DNA of 36,726 nt from an uncultured Bacteroidaceae bacterium (GTDB taxonomy: Bacteria; Bacteroidota; Bacteroidia; Bacteroidales; Bacteroidaceae). Shown one piece after another: positions 26,604 through 35,120 of this stretch (positions are counted from its first letter, which is position 1; every line of letters begins with the position of its first letter). Location of the stretch: positions 1-36,726 of the forward strand of contig CAYOKO010000002.1 of the NCBI GenBank assembly GCA_964404555.1, given 5' to 3'. The notes under the pieces were generated by a model. That model saw nothing but the letters and a program-made list of their open reading frames with translations. It was not told the DNA's origin and ran no database searches. The translations under genes and the position numbers were made by a program.

Positions 26604-27971
26604 ATGGCAACAAAACCAAGTATACCGAAGGGTACGAGAGACTTTTCCGCCGTTGAGATGGCGAAGCGAAATTACATCTTCGATACCATTCGTTCCGTCT
26701 ACGCCCTCTACGGGTTTAGTCAGATAGAAACCCCTGCAATGGAGAATCTCTCCACCTTGATGGGTAAGTACGGCGAGGAAGGCGATAAACTCCTCTTTAA
26801 AATATTAAATTCCGGCAATTACATGAGTGGCGTCACGGCAGACGACCTTGCCGATGTACAACCCTTAAAACTTGCAGCTCGTATCTGCGAGAAGGGACTA
26901 CGTTACGACCTCACCGTTCCCTTTGCGCGCTATGTGGTACAGCATCGCGATGAGCTTACCCTGCCGTTCAAGCGCTATCAGATTCAGCCCGTATGGCGTG
27001 CCGATCGTCCGCAGAAAGGACGTTATCGTGAGTTCTATCAGTGCGATGCCGACATTGTAGGCAGCGACTCCTTATTAAATGAAGTGGAACTTATGCAGAT
27101 TGTTGACACCGTATTCTCCCGCTTTGGCATACGTGTAGCGATAAAGATAAACAACCGTAAGATTCTGGCAGGCATTGCCGAGCTGATAGGAGAGGCAGAT
27201 AAGATTGTCGACATCACGGTAGCGATAGATAAGCTTGACAAGATAGGTCTGGAGAATGTAAATAAAGAATTGGCAGATTGTGGTATCCCCGCAGCAGCCA
27301 TCGAACAGTTACAGCCCATCATCTGCCTGGCAGGAACGAATGCCGAGAAACTGGATAAAATGAGTGTGGTGTTGGCATCCAGTGAGATAGGATTGAAGGG
27401 TATCGAGGAATGTCGATACGTTCTCAATACATTGGAATCTCTAGGCATTAAGAATCAAGTAGATTTGGATCTTACGTTGGCACGAGGTTTGAACTACTAT
27501 ACCGGTTGTATTTTCGAAGTTAAAGCACTCGAAGTGCAGATTGGCAGCATCACCGGTGGTGGTCGTTACGATAATTTGACGGGAATTTTCGGTATGCCCG
27601 GATTGAGCGGTGTAGGTATCTCTTTCGGTGCAGATCGTATTTTTGATGTTCTCAATCAGCTCGATCTATATCCCAAGGATAGTGTACAAGGTACCCGTTT
27701 GCTTTTCGTAACCTTTGGCGATAAAGAAGCAGCCTTTAGCTTGCAACTTTTGCGCGAGGTGCGTGCAGCAGGTATTCGCAGCGAGATTTATCCCGATGCA
27801 GGTGCTAAGATGAAGAAGCAGATGGGGTATGCCAACGCCAAGGAGATTCCGTTTGTAGCCATCGTCGGCGAGAACGAAATGAACGAGGGCAAGGTAATGC
27901 TCAAGAACATGACAACGGGAGAACAATCCCTCCTCTCCGTGAGCGAGGTGATAGCTACCGTACAAGCATAA
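26604..27971 (+). CDS. hisS: histidine--tRNA ligase
   Basis: Class II motifs [21 protein letters not shown] and GGGRYDNL, with a C-terminal anticodon-binding domain. Confidence 0.93.
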   Translation: MATKPSIPKGTRDFSAVEMAKRNYIFDTIRSVYALYGFSQIETPAMENLSTLMGKYGEEGDKLLFKILNSGNYMSGVTADDLADVQPLKLAARICEKGLRYDLTVPFARYVVQHRDELTLPFKRYQIQPVWRADRPQKGRYREFYQCDADIVGSDSLLNEVELMQIVDTVFSRFGIRVAIKINNRKILAGIAELIGEADKIVDITVAIDKLDKIGLENVNKELADCGIPAAAIEQLQPIICLAGTNAEKLDKMSVVLASSEIGLKGIEECRYVLNTLESLGIKNQVDLDLTLARGLNYYTGCIFEVKALEVQIGSITGGGRYDNLTGIFGMPGLSGVGISFGADRIFDVLNQLDLYPKDSVQGTRLLFVTFGDKEAAFSLQLLREVRAAGIRSEIYPDAGAKMKKQMGYANAKEIPFVAIVGENEMNEGKVMLKNMTTGEQSLLSVSEVIATVQA

Positions 27972-27978
27972 TAAAAAA

Positions 27979-28021
27979 TATGCGTAAACATCCGAAAGGT
28001 TGTTTACGCATAATTTTTTTT
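27979..28021. terminator. bidirectional rho-independent terminator
   Basis: 12-bp stem, tatgcgtaaaca (27979-27990) with tgtttacgcata (28001-28012), followed by T8 on the plus strand and preceded by A6. It sits between convergent hisS and the CheY-like gene, and the T-run overlaps the latter's stop codon. Confidence 0.75.
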
Positions 28022-28382
28022 ATTCTCCTAGATATTTCTTGAGCGTATCATGTAAATCATTCATTTTGATAGGTTTGGTCAAGAAATAGTTGCATCCCGC
28101 TTCCAAGCACCTCAGTTTATCATCTTCAAAGGCAACTGCGGTAAGCGCAACAATCGGTGTCTTTTGGTCGAATTCACGTATCTTCTTGGTTGCCTCGATA
28201 CCATCCATTTCCGGCATCATGACATCCATCAAGATAAGGTCAAACTGCCCTGTCTTGGCTAAGTCAACGGCTTCAACCCCATTTAAGGCTCTGGTTAGGT
28301 CGTACTTACGGAGCATAATCTTAACGAGCAGGAAATTGCTATCAACATCCTCTGCTATTAATATTTTCTTATTGCTGTCCAT
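28020..28382 (-). CDS. single-domain (CheY-like) response regulator
   Basis: 120 aa with ILIAEDVDSN, LILMDVMMPEMDG, ALTA and TKP. It is REC only, with no output domain. Confidence 0.88.
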   Translation of the reverse strand: MDSNKKILIAEDVDSNFLLVKIMLRKYDLTRALNGVEAVDLAKTGQFDLILMDVMMPEMDGIEATKKIREFDQKTPIVALTAVAFEDDKLRCLEAGCNYFLTKPIKMNDLHDTLKKYLGE

Positions 28383-28415
28383 ACTTATATGTATTTCTCA
28401 TTTATTTTTCGGATG

Positions 28416-28423
28416 CAAAGTTA
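28416..28423 (-). promoter_or_regulatory. -7 promoter box (TAACTTTG on the minus strand)
   Basis: TAnnTTTG match 34 nt upstream of the ATG at 28382. Confidence 0.35.
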
Positions 28424-28523
28424 AAAAATATAGTTGAAATCTCCAAACGAATATGAGAGTTTTTCAACAAATATTTCGATTTTGTTTCCATATTTTTAAA
28501 AACGAAAACAGATTATACGATGC

Positions 28524-28567
28524 AAAAAAAATCTGTATTATCTCCGGAACCCCGGAGGTAATACAGA
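28524..28567 (-). terminator. rho-independent terminator downstream of dapL
   Basis: 16-bp stem (one G-U pair), tctgtattatctccgg (28532-28547) with ccggaggtaatacaga (28552-28567), and a 4-nt loop. On the minus strand it is followed by a T8 run (A8 at 28524-28531 on the plus strand). Confidence 0.75.
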
Positions 28568-28602
28568 ATGAATACATATAATAAATATTTGTGATGTGTC
28601 TT

Positions 28603-29832
28603 TTATTTCAGCCATTTCACCATACGTTCCATGGCACGCTCACAGTCGTTGCGGTTTCCGAAAGCCGTCAATCGGAAGTAACCCTCTCCGCTTGGACCAA
28701 AGCCAACACCCGGAGTTCCCACGATATGTGGACCATGCAACAAATCGTCAAAGAACTGCCAACTACTCTTGTTGTCCGGAGTCTGCAACCAAACGTACGG
28801 AGCATCCTCGCCACCAAAGACATTCAGACCAACAGAAGACAAAGCCTCACGCATAATACGCGCATTCTCCATATAGTACTGAATAGTCTCGCGCACCTGC
28901 TCCTTACCTTCCGGAGTGTAGATAGCCTCCGCACCACGCTGTTGTATGTAGCTGGTACCGTTGAACTTAGTACACTGGCGACGGTTCCACAACGCATTCA
29001 GCGCCACACGCTCACCCGTTGCCGTCTTTGCCGTAAGTTCCAGAGGCACGATGGTATATCCGCAACGTACACCCGTAAAGCCCGCCGTCTTAGAATAACT
29101 ATGGAACTCAATAGCACACTTCTTGGCACCCTCAATCTCGTAGATAGAGTGGGGAATATCGGCATGCTGGATATACGCCTCGTAAGCAGCATCATACATA
29201 ATGATGGTATCGTTAGCCAACGCATAATCCACCCACTTCTTCAGTTCCTCACGTGAGATAACCGTACCCGTAGGGTTGTTCGGATAACACAAGTACACTA
29301 CATCCACACGGTTCTCCGGAAGTTTCGGAATGAAATTATTCTCCTTGTTGCAAGGAATATATGTAATGCGGTTCCACTTACCATCAACCACCTCACCCGC
29401 ACGTCCGCACATAGCATTGCTATCCACGTACACCGGGTACACAGGATCCGTAAGACCGATGCTGTTGTTTAGTCCCAAGATATCCCCGATATTACCGGTA
29501 TCACTCTTGGCACCATCGTTTATAAACACCTCGCTAGCCTCCAAGTGGATGCCCCTCGGCTCAAAGTCATTCTTTATGATAGCCTCCTGCAAGAAGTCGT
29601 ATCCATGTTCCGGACCATAACCACGGAACGTATCCTTTACCGCCATCTCGTCTACGGCAGCGTGCAAAGCCTTGATTACAGCCGGAGCCAAAGGAATGGT
29701 TACATCGCCAATGCCCAGGCGGATTACATCCGCATCGGGATTCTCCTGCTTAAACGTATTCACCTTCTTTGCAATGTCCGAAAAAAGGTAGCTTGCAGGT
29801 ATCTTCAAAAAGTTCTCATTTACTAAAGCCAT
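28603..29832 (-). CDS. dapL: LL-diaminopimelate aminotransferase
   Basis: [24 protein letters not shown]..., LCYPNNPTG, and the PLP-lysine motif [15 protein letters not shown]. 409 aa. Confidence 0.88.
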   Translation of the reverse strand: MALVNENFLKIPASYLFSDIAKKVNTFKQENPDADVIRLGIGDVTIPLAPAVIKALHAAVDEMAVKDTFRGYGPEHGYDFLQEAIIKNDFEPRGIHLEASEVFINDGAKSDTGNIGDILGLNNSIGLTDPVYPVYVDSNAMCGRAGEVVDGKWNRITYIPCNKENNFIPKLPENRVDVVYLCYPNNPTGTVISREELKKWVDYALANDTIIMYDAAYEAYIQHADIPHSIYEIEGAKKCAIEFHSYSKTAGFTGVRCGYTIVPLELTAKTATGERVALNALWNRRQCTKFNGTSYIQQRGAEAIYTPEGKEQVRETIQYYMENARIMREALSSVGLNVFGGEDAPYVWLQTPDNKSSWQFFDDLLHGPHIVGTPGVGFGPSGEGYFRLTAFGNRNDCERAMERMVKWLK

Positions 29833-29868
29833 ATCTGTTCTATTCTTTATTATCTCAATACTAGTGTA

Positions 29869-30720
29869 TTACAATTCTATCTCTCCTTCGAAAACACGAG
29901 CCGCAGGTCCCGTCATGTATATATGGTTGTCTGCCTCCCGCCACTCTATATGCAGCGTTCCGCCATCCATTACAATGTTACTCTCCCGCATAGCCTTCTT
30001 GTTCAGAGCCGCCGCCACCGCCGTAGCACAAGCCCCCGTACCACACGCCATGGTTATGCCGCTTCCACGTTCCCATACGCGCATACGAATATCGCCATTC
30101 TCCAGCACCTGCGCAAACTCAATATTGCAACGCTCCGGGAACAACGCATTCATCTCCAGAGCCCGTCCCTCCACAGGAAGGTCTACCTCCTTTATATCGT
30201 CCACAAAAATCACGAAGTGCGGATTGCCCATACAAACATACGTACCCACGTACGTCTTGCCGTTTGCCTCCACGCATCCCGCCACCATACCCCCATCGGG
30301 AGTGGCAAGTTGCACCTTATTATATAATATAGGCTCCCCCATATCCACGGTAGCCGCCTGTACGCAGCCATCGCTCTCCACCTTCAGTTGAATCACCTTT
30401 ATGCCCGACTTTGTCTCGAAAGACACAACCTCCTTAGTGGTAAGCTTATGATCCCAAACAAACTTGGCACAGCAACGAACCCCGTTGCCACACATCATCG
30501 CCTCCGAACCGTCGTTGTTGAATATACGCATGGAGAAGTCCGCCACCTCACTCTTACCTATAAGGATAAGTCCATCGCTACCGATACCAAAATGCGGCTT
30601 ACTCCACTCTATGGAAACCGCCTCCGGATTTTCAATAGGATAGAGCGGGGTATAGACATAGATATAGTCGTTTCCCGCTCCATGCATTTTTGTAAATTGT
30701 ATCTTTATTTTTTCTGCCAT
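29869..30720 (-). CDS. dapF: diaminopimelate epimerase
   Basis: [11 protein letters not shown], plus catalytic Cys motifs MCGNGVRC and MACGTGACA. Confidence 0.92.
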   Translation of the reverse strand: MAEKIKIQFTKMHGAGNDYIYVYTPLYPIENPEAVSIEWSKPHFGIGSDGLILIGKSEVADFSMRIFNNDGSEAMMCGNGVRCCAKFVWDHKLTTKEVVSFETKSGIKVIQLKVESDGCVQAATVDMGEPILYNKVQLATPDGGMVAGCVEANGKTYVGTYVCMGNPHFVIFVDDIKEVDLPVEGRALEMNALFPERCNIEFAQVLENGDIRMRVWERGSGITMACGTGACATAVAAALNKKAMRESNIVMDGGTLHIEWREADNHIYMTGPAARVFEGEIEL

Positions 30721-30748
30721 AAAACTTCAACTTTACTTATTTGACTTG

Positions 30749-30756
30749 CAAAATTA
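30749..30756 (-). promoter_or_regulatory. -7 promoter box (TAATTTTG on the minus strand)
   Basis: TAnnTTTG match 29 nt upstream of the dapF ATG. Confidence 0.4.
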
Positions 30757-30842
30757 CATAATTTCTGCGAAATAGCTATCAAAAGTTCGCAAAAAAAGGC
30801 GATTTACGGCAAAAAAAGATATTTTTAACTCTGCGGGACTAT

Positions 30843-31490
30843 CTACCATGGATTTCCCACGAAGATGGAGGCATCGTTATAGGGAACCAACGTGCCACTC
30901 ATTTGCAGTATGTCTCCCGTGAAGTTGGGATAGATAGTAGCGCTAGCCTGGTTGCTATCTATCGTGAGCCACAAGTGTACGATGCAGGATCTACCCCCAT
31001 CCATCACACTAAAGGCAGTGAAAAGGCACCCCTCATCGTCCTGTCTCTGTGAGATGGGCGATACCGCTCCTTGTATCGTTACCCCGCCCAGTCCGTTGGG
31101 CGAAGGAGCCAAATTATAGTTGTTGAACGCCGTCTGTATGGTACCTATCTCCTGATTCACGGAGATGAAGTTCGTGCCCGACGACACCAGTCGCACCATG
31201 CCGTTGCGAAAGGTAACCTGATTGGCCTGTAACACCCAGCTACCCTGTGCTATAGCTGCTGTAGCCTGTGCAAATGCCACAGAATCCTGTATAGCTTCCA
31301 TGGCTCTGCGCTCTTCTCGTTCCTCCTTTCGCTTCTCGTACCAAGCCGCCCGTTTTGCTTCTCTAATCTCCTGCCGGGTGGAGTCTGCCGGCAGCCTCAT
31401 AGGCACCTCCTCTGCCACCGCCCATGCGGGGAAGTATAGGCATCCCAGCGTTCCCAGGAGCCACGTGCCGATAACATCTTTTCTTCTCAT
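30843..31490 (-). CDS. secreted protein of unknown function (possibly DUF4251-like)
   Basis: Signal peptide with an AWA|V cleavage site, a charged helical linker (EIREAKRAAWYEKRKEEREERRAME), then a beta-rich domain (WVLQANQVTFRNGMVRLVSSGTNFISV...). The family name is recalled from memory and not verified. Confidence 0.55.
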   Translation of the reverse strand: MRRKDVIGTWLLGTLGCLYFPAWAVAEEVPMRLPADSTRQEIREAKRAAWYEKRKEEREERRAMEAIQDSVAFAQATAAIAQGSWVLQANQVTFRNGMVRLVSSGTNFISVNQEIGTIQTAFNNYNLAPSPNGLGGVTIQGAVSPISQRQDDEGCLFTAFSVMDGGRSCIVHLWLTIDSNQASATIYPNFTGDILQMSGTLVPYNDASIFVGNPW

Positions 31491-31680
31491 AGTGTAGTTC
31501 TTTTAGGATTGTAGTAGATGAAGGGGGAATCCCTTCGTTATGTACGTAAAACAACCCCATAGAGAAGAATGTTCGACCTTCTCACCCCGGATTTATCCTA
31601 AGAAAAGCTAAAATAACGAATAAATGTGATTTTTTAGAAAAAAGATAGGGAATAAGTGTACCATTGTCAGAATAAAAGTG

Positions 31681-31688
31681 TAAATTTG
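31681..31688 (+). promoter_or_regulatory. -7 promoter box (TAAATTTG)
   Basis: TAnnTTTG match 86 nt upstream of the ATG at 31774. Confidence 0.35.
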
Positions 31689-31773
31689 CACCCGAGATAT
31701 AGAACCACTGCCTAGAAAATGAGAGAAGGGGGTAGAGACAGTGATAGAATTTTATAGTATAGGAGGCAGATAT

Positions 31774-31950
31774 ATGCAGGAAATAGAAGAGGATTATTAC
31801 TCATTGGCGAGTTCGGAAGATCCCTGTGAGGAAACACTGAGTCACATTATGGATGAAGCAGCGAAGGAGGCTATGGCGCAAGAGAAGCAAACCAATGGCG
31901 AATTCCTTATGAGTGTTCGTAAAGAAGTTTTCAGAAGATACAATAGTTAG
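31774..31950 (+). CDS. 58-aa acidic protein, candidate antitoxin/partner of the downstream zeta-like kinase
   Basis: The ATG at 31774 is preceded by AGGAGG (31761-31766) with a 7-nt spacer. The protein MQEIEEDYYSLASSEDPCEE... has 14 acidic and 6 basic residues. I recognise no family. Confidence 0.45.
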   Translation: MQEIEEDYYSLASSEDPCEETLSHIMDEAAKEAMAQEKQTNGEFLMSVRKEVFRRYNS

Positions 31951-32030
31951 ATTTGGTTTCTAGGAAAGAGGTGTCCTCCTTCGTGGGGGCACCTCGAGTA
32001 CTATATTCCAAATTGGAAAAGGAGGATGAA

Positions 32031-32642
32031 ATGGATAAAAAAGCACATAAACCCGTGTTCAATATAGTTGCCGGTCCGGAAGGAGCAGGAAAGACTATGA
32101 TTATTAATAAGATACACGAACATGGGTGGATAGATGATGTAGACTATATAGACGTGTACAATGTGGCACGCGAGGAGTTTGATGGATGGAATACCGCAAC
32201 CAGTATGCGTAATGCCAGACACTTCTGCGATGACTGGGTCAATCGTTGTTTGCACGACAACCACTCACTCTTGCTGGAAACAACGCTCTCGTCGGACGAT
32301 ATTGTAACACTCATCAATCGTGCTGTAAAGGCAGGGTTCTATGTACGTATGTTCTACATAGGCACCTCATCGCCATGCATCAATGCAGCACGTGTGGCAA
32401 CGCGTTTCATGGCAAAAGGTCCCGGCGTATCGGTGAACGACATCGTGAATCAATATCGCGAGTCCATTGCTCGTTGCTGTAAGTTGGCACGTATGGTAGA
32501 CTGCCTCTACGTCTTCGACAATTCGCAGGACGGCGTTGGACCGAGTCTGTTGTTCCACATTCGCAACGGCAACTTGGATCGCATGAGTATCTCGAATCTC
32601 CCCACGTGGGCCTATCCCATTATCTCACCGTCAGCATTTTAA
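32031..32642 (+). CDS. zeta-toxin-like P-loop kinase (COG4185-type)
   Basis: The ATG at 32031 is preceded by AAGGAGG (32019-32025). Walker A is NIVAGPEGAGKT. LLLETTLS, the AGFYVRMFYIGT strand and YVFDNS match the usual layout of the short zeta-like family. 203 aa. The TTG-initiated extension from 31953 is less likely. Confidence 0.7.
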   Translation: MDKKAHKPVFNIVAGPEGAGKTMIINKIHEHGWIDDVDYIDVYNVAREEFDGWNTATSMRNARHFCDDWVNRCLHDNHSLLLETTLSSDDIVTLINRAVKAGFYVRMFYIGTSSPCINAARVATRFMAKGPGVSVNDIVNQYRESIARCCKLARMVDCLYVFDNSQDGVGPSLLFHIRNGNLDRMSISNLPTWAYPIISPSAF

Positions 32643-32660
32643 AGACACATAAAAAAGAAG

Positions 32661-32704
32661 TTGCCCCAATCCCCTCTTAATGATAAAAGAGGGGAGAGGG
32701 GCAA
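32661..32704. terminator. strong bidirectional hairpin between convergent genes
   Basis: ttgcccc-aa-tcccctctt (32661-32678) pairs with aagagggga-ga-ggggcaa (32687-32704). That gives 9-bp and 7-bp helices separated by a 2x2 internal loop, with an 8-nt apical loop. Confidence 0.75.
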
Positions 32705-32744
32705 TCTTCGTGCAGTTTGTTATTATTTATAGAAAGTCTAATCC

Positions 32745-35099
32745 TTATTTTGTAAGAGCCTCCGTCATACCCGCAGCAGCTCTTCTACCATCACCCATAG
32801 CCAGGATAACGGTAGCACCACCGCGAACAATGTCACCACCCGCAAAGATAGTGTGGATATTACTCTCCATATTCTCATTCACCACAATTGTATTCTTGCG
32901 ACCCAACTCCAATCCATGGATAGAAGTAGGCACAATCGGGTTAGGAGAAACACCGACAGCCACGATAGCCGCATCGATATCCAGAGTAACCGTTGCACCC
33001 GGGATAGGCTGTGGAGAACGACGACCGGAAGCATCCGGCTCACCCAGCTCCATCTTCTGCAGCACTACGGCACGCACGTTACCCTTCTCATCTGCCAGAT
33101 ACTCAATAGGATTGTGCAGCGTCATGAACTCGATGCCCTCCTCCTTGGCATGCTTCACCTCCTCCAAACGAGCAGGCATTTCAGCCTCGGAACGACGGTA
33201 AACGATGTACACCTTCTCGGCACCCAAACGCTTAGCCGTACGGCAAGAATCCATAGCCGTGTTACCACCACCGACAACCATCACATTCTTCGCCTTGTTG
33301 ATAGGCGTATCCGTATCCGCATTGGAAGCATCCATCAAGTTGATACGCGTAAGATACTCATTGGAAGACATGATGTTGATGTAGTTCTCACCCGGAATAT
33401 TCATGAAGTTAGGCAGTCCCGCACCGGAAGCCACAAAGATACCCTTGAAGCCCTCGGCCTGCAGCTCCTCCACCGTGATAGTTTTACCCACGATGCAATC
33501 CTTCACGAACTCAACACCCATCTTGCGAAGGTTATCAATCTCCACATCCACAATCTTGTTTGGCAGACGGAACTCCGGAATACCATACTTCAGCACACCA
33601 CCAATCTCGTGCAGCGCCTCGAATACCGTCACGTCGAAACCATTCTTAGCCATATCACCGGCAAAAGACAGACCCGCAGGACCGGAACCCACGACAGCCA
33701 CCTTGATATTCTTCTTCTCCGCAATCTCCGGGAGAGAAGTATGACCACTCTCACGCTCAAAGTCGGCAGCGAAACGCTCCAGATAACCGATAGCCACAGC
33801 CGGCTCGTTCATCTTGAGGTGGATACACTGACTCTCGCACTGCTTCTCCTGCGGACAAACACGTCCACAAACAGCCGGTAGGGCTGAGGTAGACTTGAGA
33901 ACACGAGCTGCGTTTAGGAATTCGCCACGCTCTATATTTTTAACGAAGGACGGAATGTTGATGCCTACCGGACAACCTTGCATACAAGTGGGGTTGGCAC
34001 AGTCCAAACAACGTTTAGCCTCGGTAAGCGCCTGCTCGCGAGTAAGACCGGTGTTCACCTCCTCGGTACGAGTGGTGGCACGGTATACGGGATCCAACTC
34101 GTTCATCTTAACTCGCTCAATAGACGTACGCTCCTTCGGTTTCATACTCTTTCTAATCTCCTCGCGCCAAGCAGCTTTGCGGTCGGTCAACTCGGAAAGA
34201 GGAGTAGTCGTATCCATATCCTTAGCCTCCTTGTTGAGCAACTCATCGGCAACCAACGAAGCGGCAGTCTGGCACACCGGTTTGTCGTTGATGTGCGCCA
34301 TAGCCTCTTGCTCCAACTGCTTAAAGGCACCGGCACGCTTCAGCATCTCATCGAAGTCCACCTGGTGACCATCGAACTCAGGACCATCCACGCACACGAA
34401 CTTCGTCTTGCCACCCACCGTGATACGACACGCACCGCACATACCGGTACCGTCCACCATGATAGTGTTCAAGGAAACATCTGTAGGAATCTCATATTTC
34501 TTGGTAAGCAGACAGCAGAACTTCATCATGATAGCAGGACCAATGGCAAAGCACTTGTCCACCTTCTCACGCTGAATCACCTCCTCCATACCAACGGTTA
34601 CCACACCCTTCTTACCATAGGAACCATCATCGGTCATAACAATCACCTCATCGGATGCAGCACGCACCTCATCCTCCAGGATAATCAAGTCCTTGCTACG
34701 ACCCGCAATCACACTGATTACACGGTTACCGGCAGCCTTAAGAGCCTGGATGATAGGAAGCATAGGAGCCGTTCCTACACCACCACCGGCGCACAATACA
34801 GTTCCATAGTTCTCTATGTGAGTAGCACGTCCCAGCGGACCTACCACATCGGTAATCTCATCACCCACATTCAAGTTACACAAGCGGGTAGAAGAGAGTC
34901 CCACGGTCTGGATAACTAAGGTTATGGTGCCCTTCACGGGGTCGCTACCGGCGATGGTCAACGGAATACGCTCACCCTGCTCGCCCACGCGCACAATTAC
35001 GAAGTGACCGGCTTTACGGCTCTTCGCAATGAGAGGTGCTTCAACTTCCAGTTTGAAAACCTTCTCGGAGAATTGCACCTTGGATACGATCTTATTCAT
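32745..35099 (-). CDS. fused NfnA-NfnB-like oxidoreductase (PyrK-like FAD/[2Fe-2S] domain plus GltD-like NADPH-dependent glutamate synthase small-subunit domain)
   Basis: The N-terminal roughly 280 aa resemble NfnA/PyrK (GERIPLTIAG, GGGVGTAP, DGTGMCGACRITVGGKTKFVCVDGPEF). The C-terminal roughly 470 aa resemble GltD/NfnB (CLDCANPTCMQGCPVGINIP, CGRVCPQEKQCESQC, VVGSGPAGL, GGGNTAMD). Confidence 0.88.
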   Translation of the reverse strand: MNKIVSKVQFSEKVFKLEVEAPLIAKSRKAGHFVIVRVGEQGERIPLTIAGSDPVKGTITLVIQTVGLSSTRLCNLNVGDEITDVVGPLGRATHIENYGTVLCAGGGVGTAPMLPIIQALKAAGNRVISVIAGRSKDLIILEDEVRAASDEVIVMTDDGSYGKKGVVTVGMEEVIQREKVDKCFAIGPAIMMKFCCLLTKKYEIPTDVSLNTIMVDGTGMCGACRITVGGKTKFVCVDGPEFDGHQVDFDEMLKRAGAFKQLEQEAMAHINDKPVCQTAASLVADELLNKEAKDMDTTTPLSELTDRKAAWREEIRKSMKPKERTSIERVKMNELDPVYRATTRTEEVNTGLTREQALTEAKRCLDCANPTCMQGCPVGINIPSFVKNIERGEFLNAARVLKSTSALPAVCGRVCPQEKQCESQCIHLKMNEPAVAIGYLERFAADFERESGHTSLPEIAEKKNIKVAVVGSGPAGLSFAGDMAKNGFDVTVFEALHEIGGVLKYGIPEFRLPNKIVDVEIDNLRKMGVEFVKDCIVGKTITVEELQAEGFKGIFVASGAGLPNFMNIPGENYINIMSSNEYLTRINLMDASNADTDTPINKAKNVMVVGGGNTAMDSCRTAKRLGAEKVYIVYRRSEAEMPARLEEVKHAKEEGIEFMTLHNPIEYLADEKGNVRAVVLQKMELGEPDASGRRSPQPIPGATVTLDIDAAIVAVGVSPNPIVPTSIHGLELGRKNTIVVNENMESNIHTIFAGGDIVRGGATVILAMGDGRRAAAGMTEALTK

Positions 35100-35120
35100 C
35101 TTTATATATTTATACTATTC

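Noticed and set aside
31953-32030. TTG-initiated 26-codon N-terminal extension of the zeta-like kinase, starting right after the upstream stop
   Set aside because: The ATG at 32031 has an optimally spaced AAGGAGG and places the Walker A loop at the usual distance from the N-terminus. The extension has no family-like sequence. A fused or coupled start cannot be fully excluded.
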